A stretch of 64,000 nucleotides of DNA from an uncultured delta proteobacterium. GTDB lineage: Bacteria > Desulfobacterota > Syntrophia > Syntrophales > Smithellaceae. Positions within the stretch are counted from its first letter, which is position 1; each line of letters opens with the position of its first letter. The notes beneath the pieces are model-generated. The model was given only the letters and a program-made list of their open reading frames with translations, had not been told where the DNA came from and ran no database searches. Shown in pieces: positions 30,884 through 41,454 of this stretch. Where the stretch lies: the NCBI GenBank assembly GCA_963753975.1, contig CAVWEH010000004.1, positions 288,001 through 352,000 on the forward strand. The letters are read 5' to 3'. Made by a program: the position numbers and the translations under genes.

Positions 30884-31153
30884 ATGTATTTTATAAAGCA
30901 GTCCTCGTCGGTTTTAATTAGTGTCACTGTTTTAGTGGGTTTTTCTGCCGGATTCGCTTTTGCTCAACCTGCAGCCAAAAGTTTGGTAGACAATGAATGC
31001 GCCGAATGCCATAACACAAAAAGAATTTATGGTGCCAATAAAAAAGCAGGCGAATGGGAAAAAACGGTTGACCGAATGATTAAAAAAGGCGCCCAGATTA
31101 AACCGGAAGAAAAAGACGCAGTTATTAAATATCTTAATACTTTGAATAAGTAA
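30884..31153 (+). CDS. Small exported monoheme c-type cytochrome
   Basis: Signal peptide, CAECH, WEKTVDRM. Confidence 0.8.
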   Translation: MYFIKQSSSVLISVTVLVGFSAGFAFAQPAAKSLVDNECAECHNTKRIYGANKKAGEWEKTVDRMIKKGAQIKPEEKDAVIKYLNTLNK

Positions 31154-31201
31154 TTTTAGGCAGTTATAGTTTCCTCTATCTAAAAATAATTATCCTCAAG
31201 T

Positions 31202-33100
31202 TTAACGAATTTTTGCACCCGTTTGCGCTTCGCGATCAAACGTAAGAGCAGTAAGACCTTTGTCCGTATTGGCAGCCAAAAGCATGCCATGCGATTCTAT
31301 TCCCATTAATTGCACAGGTTTCAAATTGGCAACAATTACTATTTTTTTACCAATTAATTCTGAAGGAGAATAATCTTTGCCGATACCGGCAACAATAGTC
31401 CTTTCTTCGCCGATATCAACTTTCAACTTCAAAAGCTTATTCGATTTAGGAACGATCTCAGCCTCCAGGATTTTAGCAACGCGCAAATCGATCCTGGCAA
31501 ATTGCTCGTAATCAATCTCCTGTCCTAGATCGGCAAGAGACTCTCGCTTCGCCGTCTTGTGACTTTCTTTTTCTTTATCGATGCGCGGAAATAATGATTC
31601 ACCACGAATTAAAGCACTGCCGGCAGCTAATGTATTTCCTTTACGAATACTGGCCAAATCCGGCCGGTGAGATTCATCCACGCCAATCTGCCGTAAAATT
31701 TTCCCCGAGGCCTGCGGCATAAAAGGAGATATCAGGATGGCAATCGCCCGTAAGGCCGCAAGCAAATCATACATTATCGTCGCTAACTTTTCTTTATTTC
31801 CCGGATTCTTTTCCAAGGTCCACGGTTCATTTTCTACGATGTATTTATTGGTAACATTGATAAATTCCCAAATGGCAATCAAGGCTTTATGCAGGGACAT
31901 ATCATTAAAACAAGTTTCTACTTCAGAGAGTGCTTGGAGAGCGGCTCCATGCAGTACTGAATCTTTCTTTTTATGGTTTGTTTCCGGCACCTTACCATCA
32001 CAGTACTTGATAGCCATTGTAATAACGCGGCTAACCAGATTGCCCAAATCATTAGCCAGGTCCGAGTTCAATCTTTTCACAAAAGCATCCTCGGAAAAAC
32101 TGGAATCCAGTCCGAACACCATATCGCGCAAAAGGAAATAGCGAAAAGCATCCAACCCGTATTTGTCCTTCAAATCAAGTGGTCGAACAACATTACCGAG
32201 GCTTTTGGACATTTTGCTTTGATCTGAATTCCAATAACCGTGAACATTCAAGTGTCGATAAGGTTTGATACCCGCCGCTTTGAGCATTGTCGGCCAGTAA
32301 ATTCCATGCGGTTTCAAAATATCTTTGGCAATCAGATGCTGGGCTACCGGCCAGAATTTTTTGAATTTTTTCCCGTCGGGATAATCCAGCGCACTAATAT
32401 AATTAATTAGAGCGTCAAACCAGACATAGGTGACGTAGTTTTCATCGAACGGTAAAGTAATACCCCATTGCAGGCGTGTTTTGGGGCGGGAAATGCAAAG
32501 ATCGTCCAGGGGATCGCGCAAAAAGGCCAATACCTCATTTTTATACCTTTCCGGGCGGATAAAATCCGGATGCGTTTTGATGTAACTAATGAGCCACTCC
32601 TGATACTTGCTCATCCGGAAGAAATAATTGTTCTCTTCCCGGTATTCAGGCTTAGTCTGATGATCGGGACATTTACCATCTACCAATTCTTTCTCCAGGT
32701 AAAATCGTTCACAGCCAACACAATAATAACCCTTGTATTGACCAAAATAAATTTCGCCGGAATTATAAACCTTCTGTAATATATAACGTACAGTATCAAT
32801 GTGATTGCTGTCCGTTGTTCTGATGAAATAATCATTTATTATGGACAGCTCCGGCCATAAGCTCCTAAATTGCTTACTGATTTTGTCCGCATATTCTTGG
32901 GGAGTAACCCCGGCTTTTTGCGCCGCTTCGGCAATTTTATCTCCGTGTTCATCAGTCCCGGTAACAAAAAATGTTTCCTCGCCGGTCATGCGGTGATACC
33001 TCGCCAAAACATCTGCTACAATGGTCGTGTAAGCATGACCGATGTGCGGCGAAGCATTAACATAATAAATTGGTGTTGTGATATAAAACAATTTCGGCAT
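31202..33100 (-). CDS. metG: Methionyl-tRNA synthetase with C-terminal tRNA-binding domain
   Basis: HIGH, YVWFDAL, KMSKS, C-terminal OB domain. Confidence 0.97.
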   Translation of the reverse strand: MPKLFYITTPIYYVNASPHIGHAYTTIVADVLARYHRMTGEETFFVTGTDEHGDKIAEAAQKAGVTPQEYADKISKQFRSLWPELSIINDYFIRTTDSNHIDTVRYILQKVYNSGEIYFGQYKGYYCVGCERFYLEKELVDGKCPDHQTKPEYREENNYFFRMSKYQEWLISYIKTHPDFIRPERYKNEVLAFLRDPLDDLCISRPKTRLQWGITLPFDENYVTYVWFDALINYISALDYPDGKKFKKFWPVAQHLIAKDILKPHGIYWPTMLKAAGIKPYRHLNVHGYWNSDQSKMSKSLGNVVRPLDLKDKYGLDAFRYFLLRDMVFGLDSSFSEDAFVKRLNSDLANDLGNLVSRVITMAIKYCDGKVPETNHKKKDSVLHGAALQALSEVETCFNDMSLHKALIAIWEFINVTNKYIVENEPWTLEKNPGNKEKLATIMYDLLAALRAIAILISPFMPQASGKILRQIGVDESHRPDLASIRKGNTLAAGSALIRGESLFPRIDKEKESHKTAKRESLADLGQEIDYEQFARIDLRVAKILEAEIVPKSNKLLKLKVDIGEERTIVAGIGKDYSPSELIGKKIVIVANLKPVQLMGIESHGMLLAANTDKGLTALTFDREAQTGAKIR

Positions 33101-33120
33101 ATAAAAACCCTTCTGTCAAC

Positions 33121-33897
33121 TCATGATAAAAAATCGCCGTCTTCATCCAGTTTTTCCAAATCATCGGTATTTTTGTCTTCCGGTAAAAGCTTATCGGAAT
33201 TATTTAGCGCTGCGTTTCCGTCATGTATAGCAGTTTTTGCACATTTTCTTGATCCGGCATATTCCTCATGTTCGAAAGCGAGACAACACATGAGTCTGCC
33301 GCATAAACCGGAAATCTTTTCCGGATTAAGCGACATACTTTGTTCTTTAGCCATTTTGACAGTAACTCTCTCCAAATTCTGCAAAATTCCTGCGCAACAA
33401 ACCATTCGGCCGCAAATGGCGATTCCTTTAGTGATACGCACTTCTTGGCGGGCACCGATTTGTTTTAGTTCTATTCGTGTTTTGAATCTTTGAACAAGAT
33501 CTTTAACCAGTTCGCGGAAATCTACTCTTTTTTCGGCAGTAAAATAAAAAATTATTTTACTTTTATCGAATAGGCAATCCACATCAATCAATTTCATGGA
33601 TAGCCCTCTTTCCTGAATTTTTTCCCAACAAAATTTTCGGGCTTCGTCTTCCAGCTTCTTATTTTCAGCTTTAATCCGCATATCTTCGGATGTCACTTTG
33701 CGTACGACTTTCTTCAAATTTCCCGGCAGTGCCGATGGCGGGCACCTCATGACATCAGCGACAATAATACCCATCGAAAGACCATTATCAGTATTGACGA
33801 TAACCCCATCATTTTTGTGAAGAATAAGATCGGCAGCGTTGAAGCTGTATATCCTCCCTTCTTTTTTAAACTTAACACCGACTATATTAGTAAGCAA
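33121..33897 (-). CDS. ricT: PSP1/RicT (YaaT) family protein
   Basis: FTAEKRVDFRELVK, RIELKQIG, CGRMVCC, KISGLCGRLMCCL. Confidence 0.88.
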   Translation of the reverse strand: MLTNIVGVKFKKEGRIYSFNAADLILHKNDGVIVNTDNGLSMGIIVADVMRCPPSALPGNLKKVVRKVTSEDMRIKAENKKLEDEARKFCWEKIQERGLSMKLIDVDCLFDKSKIIFYFTAEKRVDFRELVKDLVQRFKTRIELKQIGARQEVRITKGIAICGRMVCCAGILQNLERVTVKMAKEQSMSLNPEKISGLCGRLMCCLAFEHEEYAGSRKCAKTAIHDGNAALNNSDKLLPEDKNTDDLEKLDEDGDFLS

Positions 33898-33916
33898 TTT
33901 TTATCCTGCCAAAATT

Positions 33917-34897
33917 TTAATAACTTAACTTAAATGCCATTGTTTCCAATGTCAATGATTTGTTGCCATTATGTTCGATTGTCTGTCCTGTCTTCTCTAT
34001 CAACTTAATGTTCTGAAGAATTTGTTCGCCGGATAAACGCCGGGCCATGGCGGCAATAAAAGGAGATTTATCCTGATTTATCAGCGTTTGAGCCTTACGG
34101 GTTTCTTTAAAAATCAAAACGTCTCGAAAACAACTTCTAAGAATATCCAATCCCCTTTTGATTCCTTTTTTATCTTGAGACAAAAAGGATGCAAAAGTAA
34201 TCAAGCTGAAAGGTTCACTATTTTGCGTGTCGGCAAGCAATTCAAAAGTTCTCACGCGATGGGCGATTACATCTTCATTATTCAACTCCAGCGCTCGGCC
34301 AATGGAGCCACCGGATAGACCGGCTAATAACAAGGCTTTTTGCTCTTCCATGCCCATTCGGTCAATAAGAAATTGCGCAATAATGTTGTTGCTCAGCGGA
34401 TTAAAACGTACGTGCCGACAACGTGAAATGATCGTCGAGGGTAAAGAATAGGGCCTGCTTGTAATCAATATCAGTACATTCGCCGGAGATGGTTCTTCCA
34501 ATGTTTTCAATAGAGCATTGGCCGCTTGATCATTCATTTTGTCCGCATTGTCGATAACGAACACCCGGTACTTTGCTTCCAGCGGTTTAAAATTCATTTG
34601 CTCCTGAATTTGACGAATGGCATTAATGCGAATGAATTGACCCTCCGCTTCTATGCAAAAAAAATCGGGATGGCTACCGCGCTCAATTTTCCGGCAGGAA
34701 GAACATTTGCCGCAAGAATCATGAAACGCATTTGTCTCCTGACAATTGAAAGCTTTGGCCAACTCTCGGGCTAAAGTTTTTTTGCCCACGGCAGGTATAC
34801 CGCTAAAAAGGTACGCATGCCCTATTCGTTTTAGAGATAGGGTTTTTTGGAAAATTTCTATTTGTTTTTCATGACCCAAAATATCGCGAAAAGACAT
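33917..34897 (-). CDS. holB: DNA polymerase III delta' subunit
   Basis: HAYLFSG, CGKCSSC, HPD, ANALLKTLEEP, TIISRC. Confidence 0.93.
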   Translation of the reverse strand: MSFRDILGHEKQIEIFQKTLSLKRIGHAYLFSGIPAVGKKTLARELAKAFNCQETNAFHDSCGKCSSCRKIERGSHPDFFCIEAEGQFIRINAIRQIQEQMNFKPLEAKYRVFVIDNADKMNDQAANALLKTLEEPSPANVLILITSRPYSLPSTIISRCRHVRFNPLSNNIIAQFLIDRMGMEEQKALLLAGLSGGSIGRALELNNEDVIAHRVRTFELLADTQNSEPFSLITFASFLSQDKKGIKRGLDILRSCFRDVLIFKETRKAQTLINQDKSPFIAAMARRLSGEQILQNIKLIEKTGQTIEHNGNKSLTLETMAFKLSY

Positions 34898-34939
34898 AAT
34901 TACATTATATCATAAACTTTAAAGAAAGCACTGTGAATA

Positions 34940-35587
34940 CTATTTTAGTGATTTTATGAAATCAATTATGTGACTGCGCACTTCTTCCTGAATTGTATCT
35001 ATATCGCGCGTTGCATCAATTAAACGGAAGCGTTCCGGCTCTTTTTTATAAATATTAAGATAACCTTCGCGAACTCGTCTGTGGAAATCCAGATTTTCTC
35101 TTTCGAATCTGTCGGAAAAGGCGGATTCTTTAAGCAGATTGTTTCTTTCTGCTGCTCTTTGTAATCCGATTTCCACCGGTAAATCGAAAAGAAAAGTCAA
35201 GTTAGGTTTTAAAAGCATTGACGAATAATCATTGATAATTTTGATAAATTCAAGGTTCAGTCCGCGGGCTATACCCTGATAAGCAAAAGTGGCGTCAGAA
35301 AAGCGGTCACATAACACCATTCTGTCCTGTTTCAATGCAGGCATAACCATCTCCCGGACATGCTGCGCGCGGGCTGCACAAAATAGAAACGCTTCCGTTT
35401 CGGCACACATATAGTGATGGCCTCTATTGAATAAGATGCCGCCGATTTTCCTGCCAATGTCGGTCCCGGAAGGCTCCTGGGTAATTAAAAGCGGAACATG
35501 CTTCTCAATTAAATACTGAGCCACAAGTCTCATTTGAGTTGACTTTCCCGAACCTTCAATACCTTCAAAGGTAATTAAACTTTTCAT
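34940..35587 (-). CDS. tmk: Thymidylate kinase
   Basis: FEGIEGSGKSTQ, CDRF, AYQG. Confidence 0.95.
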   Translation of the reverse strand: MKSLITFEGIEGSGKSTQMRLVAQYLIEKHVPLLITQEPSGTDIGRKIGGILFNRGHHYMCAETEAFLFCAARAQHVREMVMPALKQDRMVLCDRFSDATFAYQGIARGLNLEFIKIINDYSSMLLKPNLTFLFDLPVEIGLQRAAERNNLLKESAFSDRFERENLDFHRRVREGYLNIYKKEPERFRLIDATRDIDTIQEEVRSHIIDFIKSLK

Positions 35588-35781
35588 CAGTTGAGCCCCC
35601 TATCTAAGCCAGGGGAGATTACTTTGTATAGTCTAAAATGCCCGGCTCGCTATATATTTAAAATAATAAGACATATTTCTTAGTAGCTAAAAACGGTTTG
35701 TAATTAAGAAGAAAAGGGTTGGGAATAAATCTGTCTGAAGAAAACAGATTAATCCATAGCTGCAAACTTGCCATAAATTAA

Positions 35782-35967
<186 letters not shown>

Positions 35968-36127
35968 TTATTCTCCTTTTAATAGTTATTTCCATAAAAT
36001 TTAAATCCGGCCCGCAAGCTCATCGCCGGAAATCTTTGCTAATTGACACCCCTCATTTTCTATAATCAACACAATGCAGCTTAAATCACAGTAGATCCGC
36101 AGTCCGCCTTCACGACTCAAAAAACTA

Positions 36128-36346
36128 TTAAACGGCAATAACTTCTTTAATATTCGGAAATTGATTTTTGATAATTTTTTCTATACCCATCTTCAAAGTC
36201 ATTTGGGACATAGGGCAACCCTGGCAGGCGCCGGTCAATTTCACTTTTACTATACCATCACTTACGTCTATAAGCTCTATATCACCGCCGTCTGCCTGCA
36301 GGCCGGGCCGGATAAGATCAATAGCCTTTTGTACTTGTTCCTTCAT
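36128..36346 (-). CDS. NifU C-terminal (Nfu) domain protein
   Basis: IRPGLQADGGDIEL, GACQGCP. Confidence 0.92.
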   Translation of the reverse strand: MKEQVQKAIDLIRPGLQADGGDIELIDVSDGIVKVKLTGACQGCPMSQMTLKMGIEKIIKNQFPNIKEVIAV

Positions 36347-36390
36347 CTATTCTCTCCCTAATTGTATTAAAATTAGTCTTAGTCACCCGC

Positions 36391-36981
36391 TTAATGCGGC
36401 ATCTCTTTGACCATATCGCGAACGAGACCGCGGGCCACGTTCGACAAATCAGGCTTGATCAACATATAACTTTCAACTATCCCGTGACCGACTCTCCACA
36501 TCCATTTGCCGGTAGATGCTTCATACAGTCTCATCGTCAGACTAACCCGGGCTACTTTCTTATCTTTTTCTACCGCGAAGTTCCACTCATCGACGGACAC
36601 GAACAAAAAAGCGTCAACTTTGGCTAATTCGCCGATCTTCCGGCTCAACTCAGGATCAGAAAAAGCAAGCGTATTCAATTTGGAAAGATATTCTTTGATC
36701 GATTTTCCTAATTCGTCATTAGCCATAATCTGACGATTCAGATCCTCAGCATTGACTACATTCGTGAACCATCCTTTGTCAACCAGCACCCCGGCTACAA
36801 CCTTTTCCACAACTCCTTTGGCTTCCGCATAATTCACCACATCCGCCGGAAAAACGGCTATTCGCTGCGGGTGAAAATCTTTTGCCTCCGGAGCTAATTG
36901 AGAAAAGCGTAAGCTCCCGCAGGCAATAGTCGATAAAGAGCAGATAACTAAAACACTTATCATGAATAGTTTTCTGATCAT
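36391..36981 (-). CDS. Putative lipoprotein
   Basis: Signal peptide with TIAC lipobox-like motif. Confidence 0.7.
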   Translation of the reverse strand: MIRKLFMISVLVICSLSTIACGSLRFSQLAPEAKDFHPQRIAVFPADVVNYAEAKGVVEKVVAGVLVDKGWFTNVVNAEDLNRQIMANDELGKSIKEYLSKLNTLAFSDPELSRKIGELAKVDAFLFVSVDEWNFAVEKDKKVARVSLTMRLYEASTGKWMWRVGHGIVESYMLIKPDLSNVARGLVRDMVKEMPH

Positions 36982-37017
36982 GATACAAAAACCTCCCGCT
37001 TTCCAGAGACCTTTCCT

Positions 37018-38745
37018 TTAAATAAAGGACCAAAAAAGAACACTTAAGCCAGCGATAATATAGATTGTTTCCAGCATACCTTCCATAACCGCCCCGGAAA
37101 GCCCGGACGTTCTATCACAAAGGAGAAAACAAATCCATATATATAATAAACAGGCAAGCAGGAAAAAACTCAAAGATGAAGACCAACCAGCCGGATAAGA
37201 AAAAAGAAGAATAACAAATAAAATCAAAGAGATGATTTTGAGGACAATTTTTGTGTTAATTTTACCAAACAGCACCGGTATCGTTTCCCGTCCGATTAAT
37301 TTATCACTTTGAAATTCCAAAATGTCCGACATCGCCGAACGAATAAAAACAATTCCAAACGCAAAGCCAAAGGCAACGATCATTTGTGCATTTAAAAAAT
37401 TATTTATGTTTAATGCGGGTAGAATTGCCGTTACCGTTCCCCACGCCGTAGCCATAAATATATTTTTTGAGCCGGGCAAATCTTTTAACCTTTGAAAACG
37501 CCATCCTTTCGGCATAATTTTCATGTTGTAAAGTACACCGGCAAGAGAAACAAAAAACAAAAACGTAAAGGGAAGAGCACCATTAATAAACGCCAACACA
37601 AGAGCAATCACTATAGAAAATACGGCGGCGTAAAGATAGAATTTTTCGTGTTTACGGTAAGTTTCTTCCCGAAATGAACCAACGAAACCAGCTGGTTTGC
37701 GGCTAATCAAGCGATTTAACACATGCATACCGTATACAAAAAAAGAAGCGATGGCAACATACGATATGTTTACATTTATTTCCTGCAGTAGCATGCACGC
37801 CACACAAAGGCATCCGGCGCCGATAGCCGAATACACATCGGTTTTAATCGCCAATATCCAAAGATTCAATAAAAACCCTATAGTTTTCAATTTTCGGCTT
37901 TGTCTGTCCGCAATTTTATCCATCACATGATCGATAATCCAGTTGGGGGTGGAAGCTCCCGCTGAAACGCCGATGCGATCATAAGGAGTGAAATTCACAT
38001 TTTCCATTTCCGCGACAGTCTCAATATGGAAGGTAGGCGTTTGCTGCTTTCGAGCAAGATCGGCCAGTCTTCTGGTATTGGCACTATTTTTTCCACCGAC
38101 AATAAACATGGCATCCATTTCGCCAGCCAGGGCTATAATTTCGGCTTGTCTTTGTTGCGTCGAAGAACAAATTGTATTGAATACAACAGCCTGGGGGTAA
38201 ATCTTTTTTATTTTATTGATTATCTTTTCGTAATCGTCTAAATTTTGCGTAGTTTGAGCGACGACACAAACTTCCCCTAAAGAGGACAATTTATCTACAT
38301 CTTCCGTCGTAATTACTGTAACACCTCGTCCACCGGTATAACCTAAAAGAGCGTCAACTTCCGGATGTTCTTTATCACCAACAATTACTACTGTATAACC
38401 AAGCGCCGCATGCTTTTTGATAATGGCCTGTACATAACCGACTTTAGGACAGGTAGCATCGATTATCTTGACGCCGCTCTCCTTAATTTTTTTTCTTTCG
38501 GCGGGAGCTATGCCATGTGCTCGAATAATAAGAATTGCGTTCTGCTTGTCTCTAATCTCTTCAATATTTTCTACCGGGTTAACTCCGCGGGCCTTGAGCA
38601 ACTCAATGGTTTGCGGATTATGGATCAATGGACCGTAAGTATAGATACTATGCCCGGTTTCATGCTGCGCAATCTCCAGCACAATATCTACCGCCCTGCG
38701 GACGCCCATGCAAAAACCAGCTGTCTTGGCCAGCTTAATTTCCAT
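37018..38745 (-). CDS. ispH: IspH (LytB) fused to UbiA-like membrane domain
   Basis: GFCMGV, LIHN, RAHG, DATCP, HPEV, TIC, SANT, GASTP, then multi-TM with LKDLPGSKN and SDILEFQSD. Confidence 0.92.
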   Translation of the reverse strand: MEIKLAKTAGFCMGVRRAVDIVLEIAQHETGHSIYTYGPLIHNPQTIELLKARGVNPVENIEEIRDKQNAILIIRAHGIAPAERKKIKESGVKIIDATCPKVGYVQAIIKKHAALGYTVVIVGDKEHPEVDALLGYTGGRGVTVITTEDVDKLSSLGEVCVVAQTTQNLDDYEKIINKIKKIYPQAVVFNTICSSTQQRQAEIIALAGEMDAMFIVGGKNSANTRRLADLARKQQTPTFHIETVAEMENVNFTPYDRIGVSAGASTPNWIIDHVMDKIADRQSRKLKTIGFLLNLWILAIKTDVYSAIGAGCLCVACMLLQEINVNISYVAIASFFVYGMHVLNRLISRKPAGFVGSFREETYRKHEKFYLYAAVFSIVIALVLAFINGALPFTFLFFVSLAGVLYNMKIMPKGWRFQRLKDLPGSKNIFMATAWGTVTAILPALNINNFLNAQMIVAFGFAFGIVFIRSAMSDILEFQSDKLIGRETIPVLFGKINTKIVLKIISLILFVILLFSYPAGWSSSLSFFLLACLLYIWICFLLCDRTSGLSGAVMEGMLETIYIIAGLSVLFWSFI

Positions 38746-39490
38746 TTAGTTTTTTCTTTCGCACTAAAATAAAAAACTCTTTGTTACCTGCCGGGCCCAA
38801 AATGGATGAAGCACAGGTTTGTAAATCCTCTAAATCAATCGATTTACAAAAATTACTTATTTCTTCAACCACGCGATCATGAATCTTTGGATCTTTGATC
38901 ACACCTTTTTTGCCTATCTCCTCTCTTTCTGCTTCAAACTGAGGTTTGATCAGCGCTAAAATTCGACCATCATTTCCGAGCAATTTCAAGACCGCCGGAA
39001 GGACAATTTTTAGGGAAATGAAAGATACATCAATCGTGGCCAGATCAGGCAATTCATTCAAGTGGCTGCCGTCATAATAGCGGATATTTGTCCGCTCGAT
39101 TACGACTACGCGTTTGTCTTCACGCAATTTCCAGGCCAACTGGCCATAACCAACGTCCAGCGCGTAAACTTTGCGCGCCCCGGCTTGCAGCAGACAATCA
39201 GTGAAACCACCTGTGGAGGCCCCCACGTCGAGGACAACAAGATTCGTAACGTCTAATTGGAATTCTTCTAAAGCTCCCTTTAATTTCAGGCCGCCGCGGC
39301 TGACGTGAGGATTATCTTCACCTTTTATTTGTATTTGCGCATCTGCGTCAACAAGCGTACCCGCTTTATCCAGAAAGATTTCATTGACTTTCACCGCCTT
39401 GGCTAAAATAAGCGCCTGGGCTTCTTTTATGGCCGGTGCGAGACCTCGCGATACGAGCAACTTATCTAAACGAATTTTTTCAGAAGCCAT
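38735..39490 (-). CDS. tlyA: TlyA family RNA methyltransferase
   Basis: S4 domain, SRGGLKL, DVGASTGGFTD, DVSFIS, LIKPQFE. Confidence 0.92.
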   Translation of the reverse strand: MASEKIRLDKLLVSRGLAPAIKEAQALILAKAVKVNEIFLDKAGTLVDADAQIQIKGEDNPHVSRGGLKLKGALEEFQLDVTNLVVLDVGASTGGFTDCLLQAGARKVYALDVGYGQLAWKLREDKRVVVIERTNIRYYDGSHLNELPDLATIDVSFISLKIVLPAVLKLLGNDGRILALIKPQFEAEREEIGKKGVIKDPKIHDRVVEEISNFCKSIDLEDLQTCASSILGPAGNKEFFILVRKKKLNGN

Positions 39491-39511
39491 ATTAATTTGA
39501 TTCGCCAATTA

Positions 39512-41425
39512 TTAGATACCGGAATCTTTAACCAGCATCTGTTTTATCGCCCGGATAATGCCCTCTTCATCAATACCATATTGATGGCGTAACTGTTTCT
39601 GCGTGGCATGTTCAACAAATTCGTCGGGAATGCCCAGTCTCTTTACCTGAACGTCGCTTATGCCTTTCTCCGCCAGCAATTCCAGAACGGCACTTCCGAA
39701 ACCGCTTTGGAGCACATTTTCTTCGACCGTGATTATTTTTTTAATAGTTGCCGCCACATTCAACAAAAGTTCTCGGTCGATAGGTTTAACGAAACGGGCA
39801 TTGATAACTTTAACATTTAGTCCTTTTTTACAGAGCCTCTCTGCTGCAGCGAGAGCCGGATATACCGTCGAGCCAATAGCGACAACAGCCAAATCCGAAC
39901 CTTCCCGCAGCACTTCGCCCTTGCCTATTTCCAGAACTTTCGGTTCACCGTCCAAGCTTGCGCCTGTTCCTTTACCTCGCGGATAGCGCAGCGAAACCGG
40001 GCAACCGCAACTAACGGCAGTCTTCAGCATATGCTGTAATTCGTTTTCATCTTTAGGCGCCATTACAATTATATTAGGAATGGAACGCAGATAGGAATAA
40101 TCAAAAAGTCCCTGATGGGTTGCGCCGTCTTCGCCGACCAGTCCGGCACGGTCGATGGCAAAGACCACCGGCAGTTTTTGCAGACAAACGTCGTGAAGAA
40201 TTTGATCATAAGCTCGCTGAAGAAAAGTCGAATAGATGGCAACTACCGGAATGAAACCTTCGATGGCCAAACCGGCAGCAAAGGTCACGCCATGCTGTTC
40301 CGCAATACCCACATCGTATAGCCGGTCGGGCAATTCCTGACGGAACTGATCCAACCCTGTACCCTCACACATTGCCGCAGTAATGGCAACAATGCGCGAA
40401 TCATTTCGCGCAAGTTTTACCAAGGTTTCCCCGAATATTTTTGTGTAAGTAGGAATACCGGAAGATGAAGCAAGCTTCTGCCCCGTATCAACATTAAAAG
40501 GTGCTATGCCATGATAATCAAGCGGTTTTTCTTCGGCAAATTTATAACCTTTACCTTTTTTTGTGATGACATGAACAAGCACGGGACCTTTTAACTCCTT
40601 TATGTTTTCAAAATTTCTAATCAAATAATCTAAACGGTGACCTTCCAGCGGCCCGACATATGTAAAGCCCAGTTCCTCAAAGAGCGCCCCGGGAACTACA
40701 AATGTTTTTAATGATTCTTCTATTTGCTGAGACAATTTGACCATGTGGTCACCGATCCCCGGAATGCTTTTAAGAAAGCCTTTAATATCCGTTTTTAACC
40801 TGGTTACAGTATGGCCGGTCATCACCCGGTTCAAATAAGAAGATAGAGCGCCGACATTTGGAGAAATGGACATTTCATTATCATTGAGAACGATAATAAT
40901 GTCTTTTTTACAGTCGCCGGCCCAATTCAAAGCTTCAAAAGCCATTCCTGTGGTCATGGAACCGTCGCCGATAACAGCAATTATTTTATTGCGATCACCC
41001 TTCAAACACTGGGCTTGAGCAAATCCGGCGGCAGCGGAAATAGAGGTCCCGCTATGTCCAACATTGAAGGCATCATAGATACTTTCTTCTCTTCTGGGAA
41101 ATCCGCTGATACCGTCCTTTTTACGTAAAGTGGCGAATTTGTCTTTGCGTCCGGTGATAATTTTATGCGCATAAGACTGATGACCTACATCCCAGATAAC
41201 CTTATCCTGCGGTGTATTAAAAACGAAATGGAGAGCCAAAGTTAATTCCACTGTACCCAAAGACGAGGCCAAATGACCACCCGAAGATGCAACCGTATTA
41301 ACAATCAAACTTCTGATTTCCCGGGCCAAAGTATTTAGTTCGGCTATGTTGAGCTTGCGGATATCCTCAGGAAATTTCACCTTTTCCAAAACACTATAAT
41401 TCACTTTTTCCTGCTGCTTTACCAA
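39512..41425 (-). CDS. dxs: 1-deoxy-D-xylulose-5-phosphate synthase
   Basis: GGHLASSLG, WDVGHQ, GDGS, NDNEMSI, DVGIAEQH, DRAG. Confidence 0.97.
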   Translation of the reverse strand: MVKQQEKVNYSVLEKVKFPEDIRKLNIAELNTLAREIRSLIVNTVASSGGHLASSLGTVELTLALHFVFNTPQDKVIWDVGHQSYAHKIITGRKDKFATLRKKDGISGFPRREESIYDAFNVGHSGTSISAAAGFAQAQCLKGDRNKIIAVIGDGSMTTGMAFEALNWAGDCKKDIIIVLNDNEMSISPNVGALSSYLNRVMTGHTVTRLKTDIKGFLKSIPGIGDHMVKLSQQIEESLKTFVVPGALFEELGFTYVGPLEGHRLDYLIRNFENIKELKGPVLVHVITKKGKGYKFAEEKPLDYHGIAPFNVDTGQKLASSSGIPTYTKIFGETLVKLARNDSRIVAITAAMCEGTGLDQFRQELPDRLYDVGIAEQHGVTFAAGLAIEGFIPVVAIYSTFLQRAYDQILHDVCLQKLPVVFAIDRAGLVGEDGATHQGLFDYSYLRSIPNIIVMAPKDENELQHMLKTAVSCGCPVSLRYPRGKGTGASLDGEPKVLEIGKGEVLREGSDLAVVAIGSTVYPALAAAERLCKKGLNVKVINARFVKPIDRELLLNVAATIKKIITVEENVLQSGFGSAVLELLAEKGISDVQVKRLGIPDEFVEHATQKQLRHQYGIDEEGIIRAIKQMLVKDSGI

Positions 41426-41454
41426 AATTAACGCCTTTCTAATGCTAAATTAGC

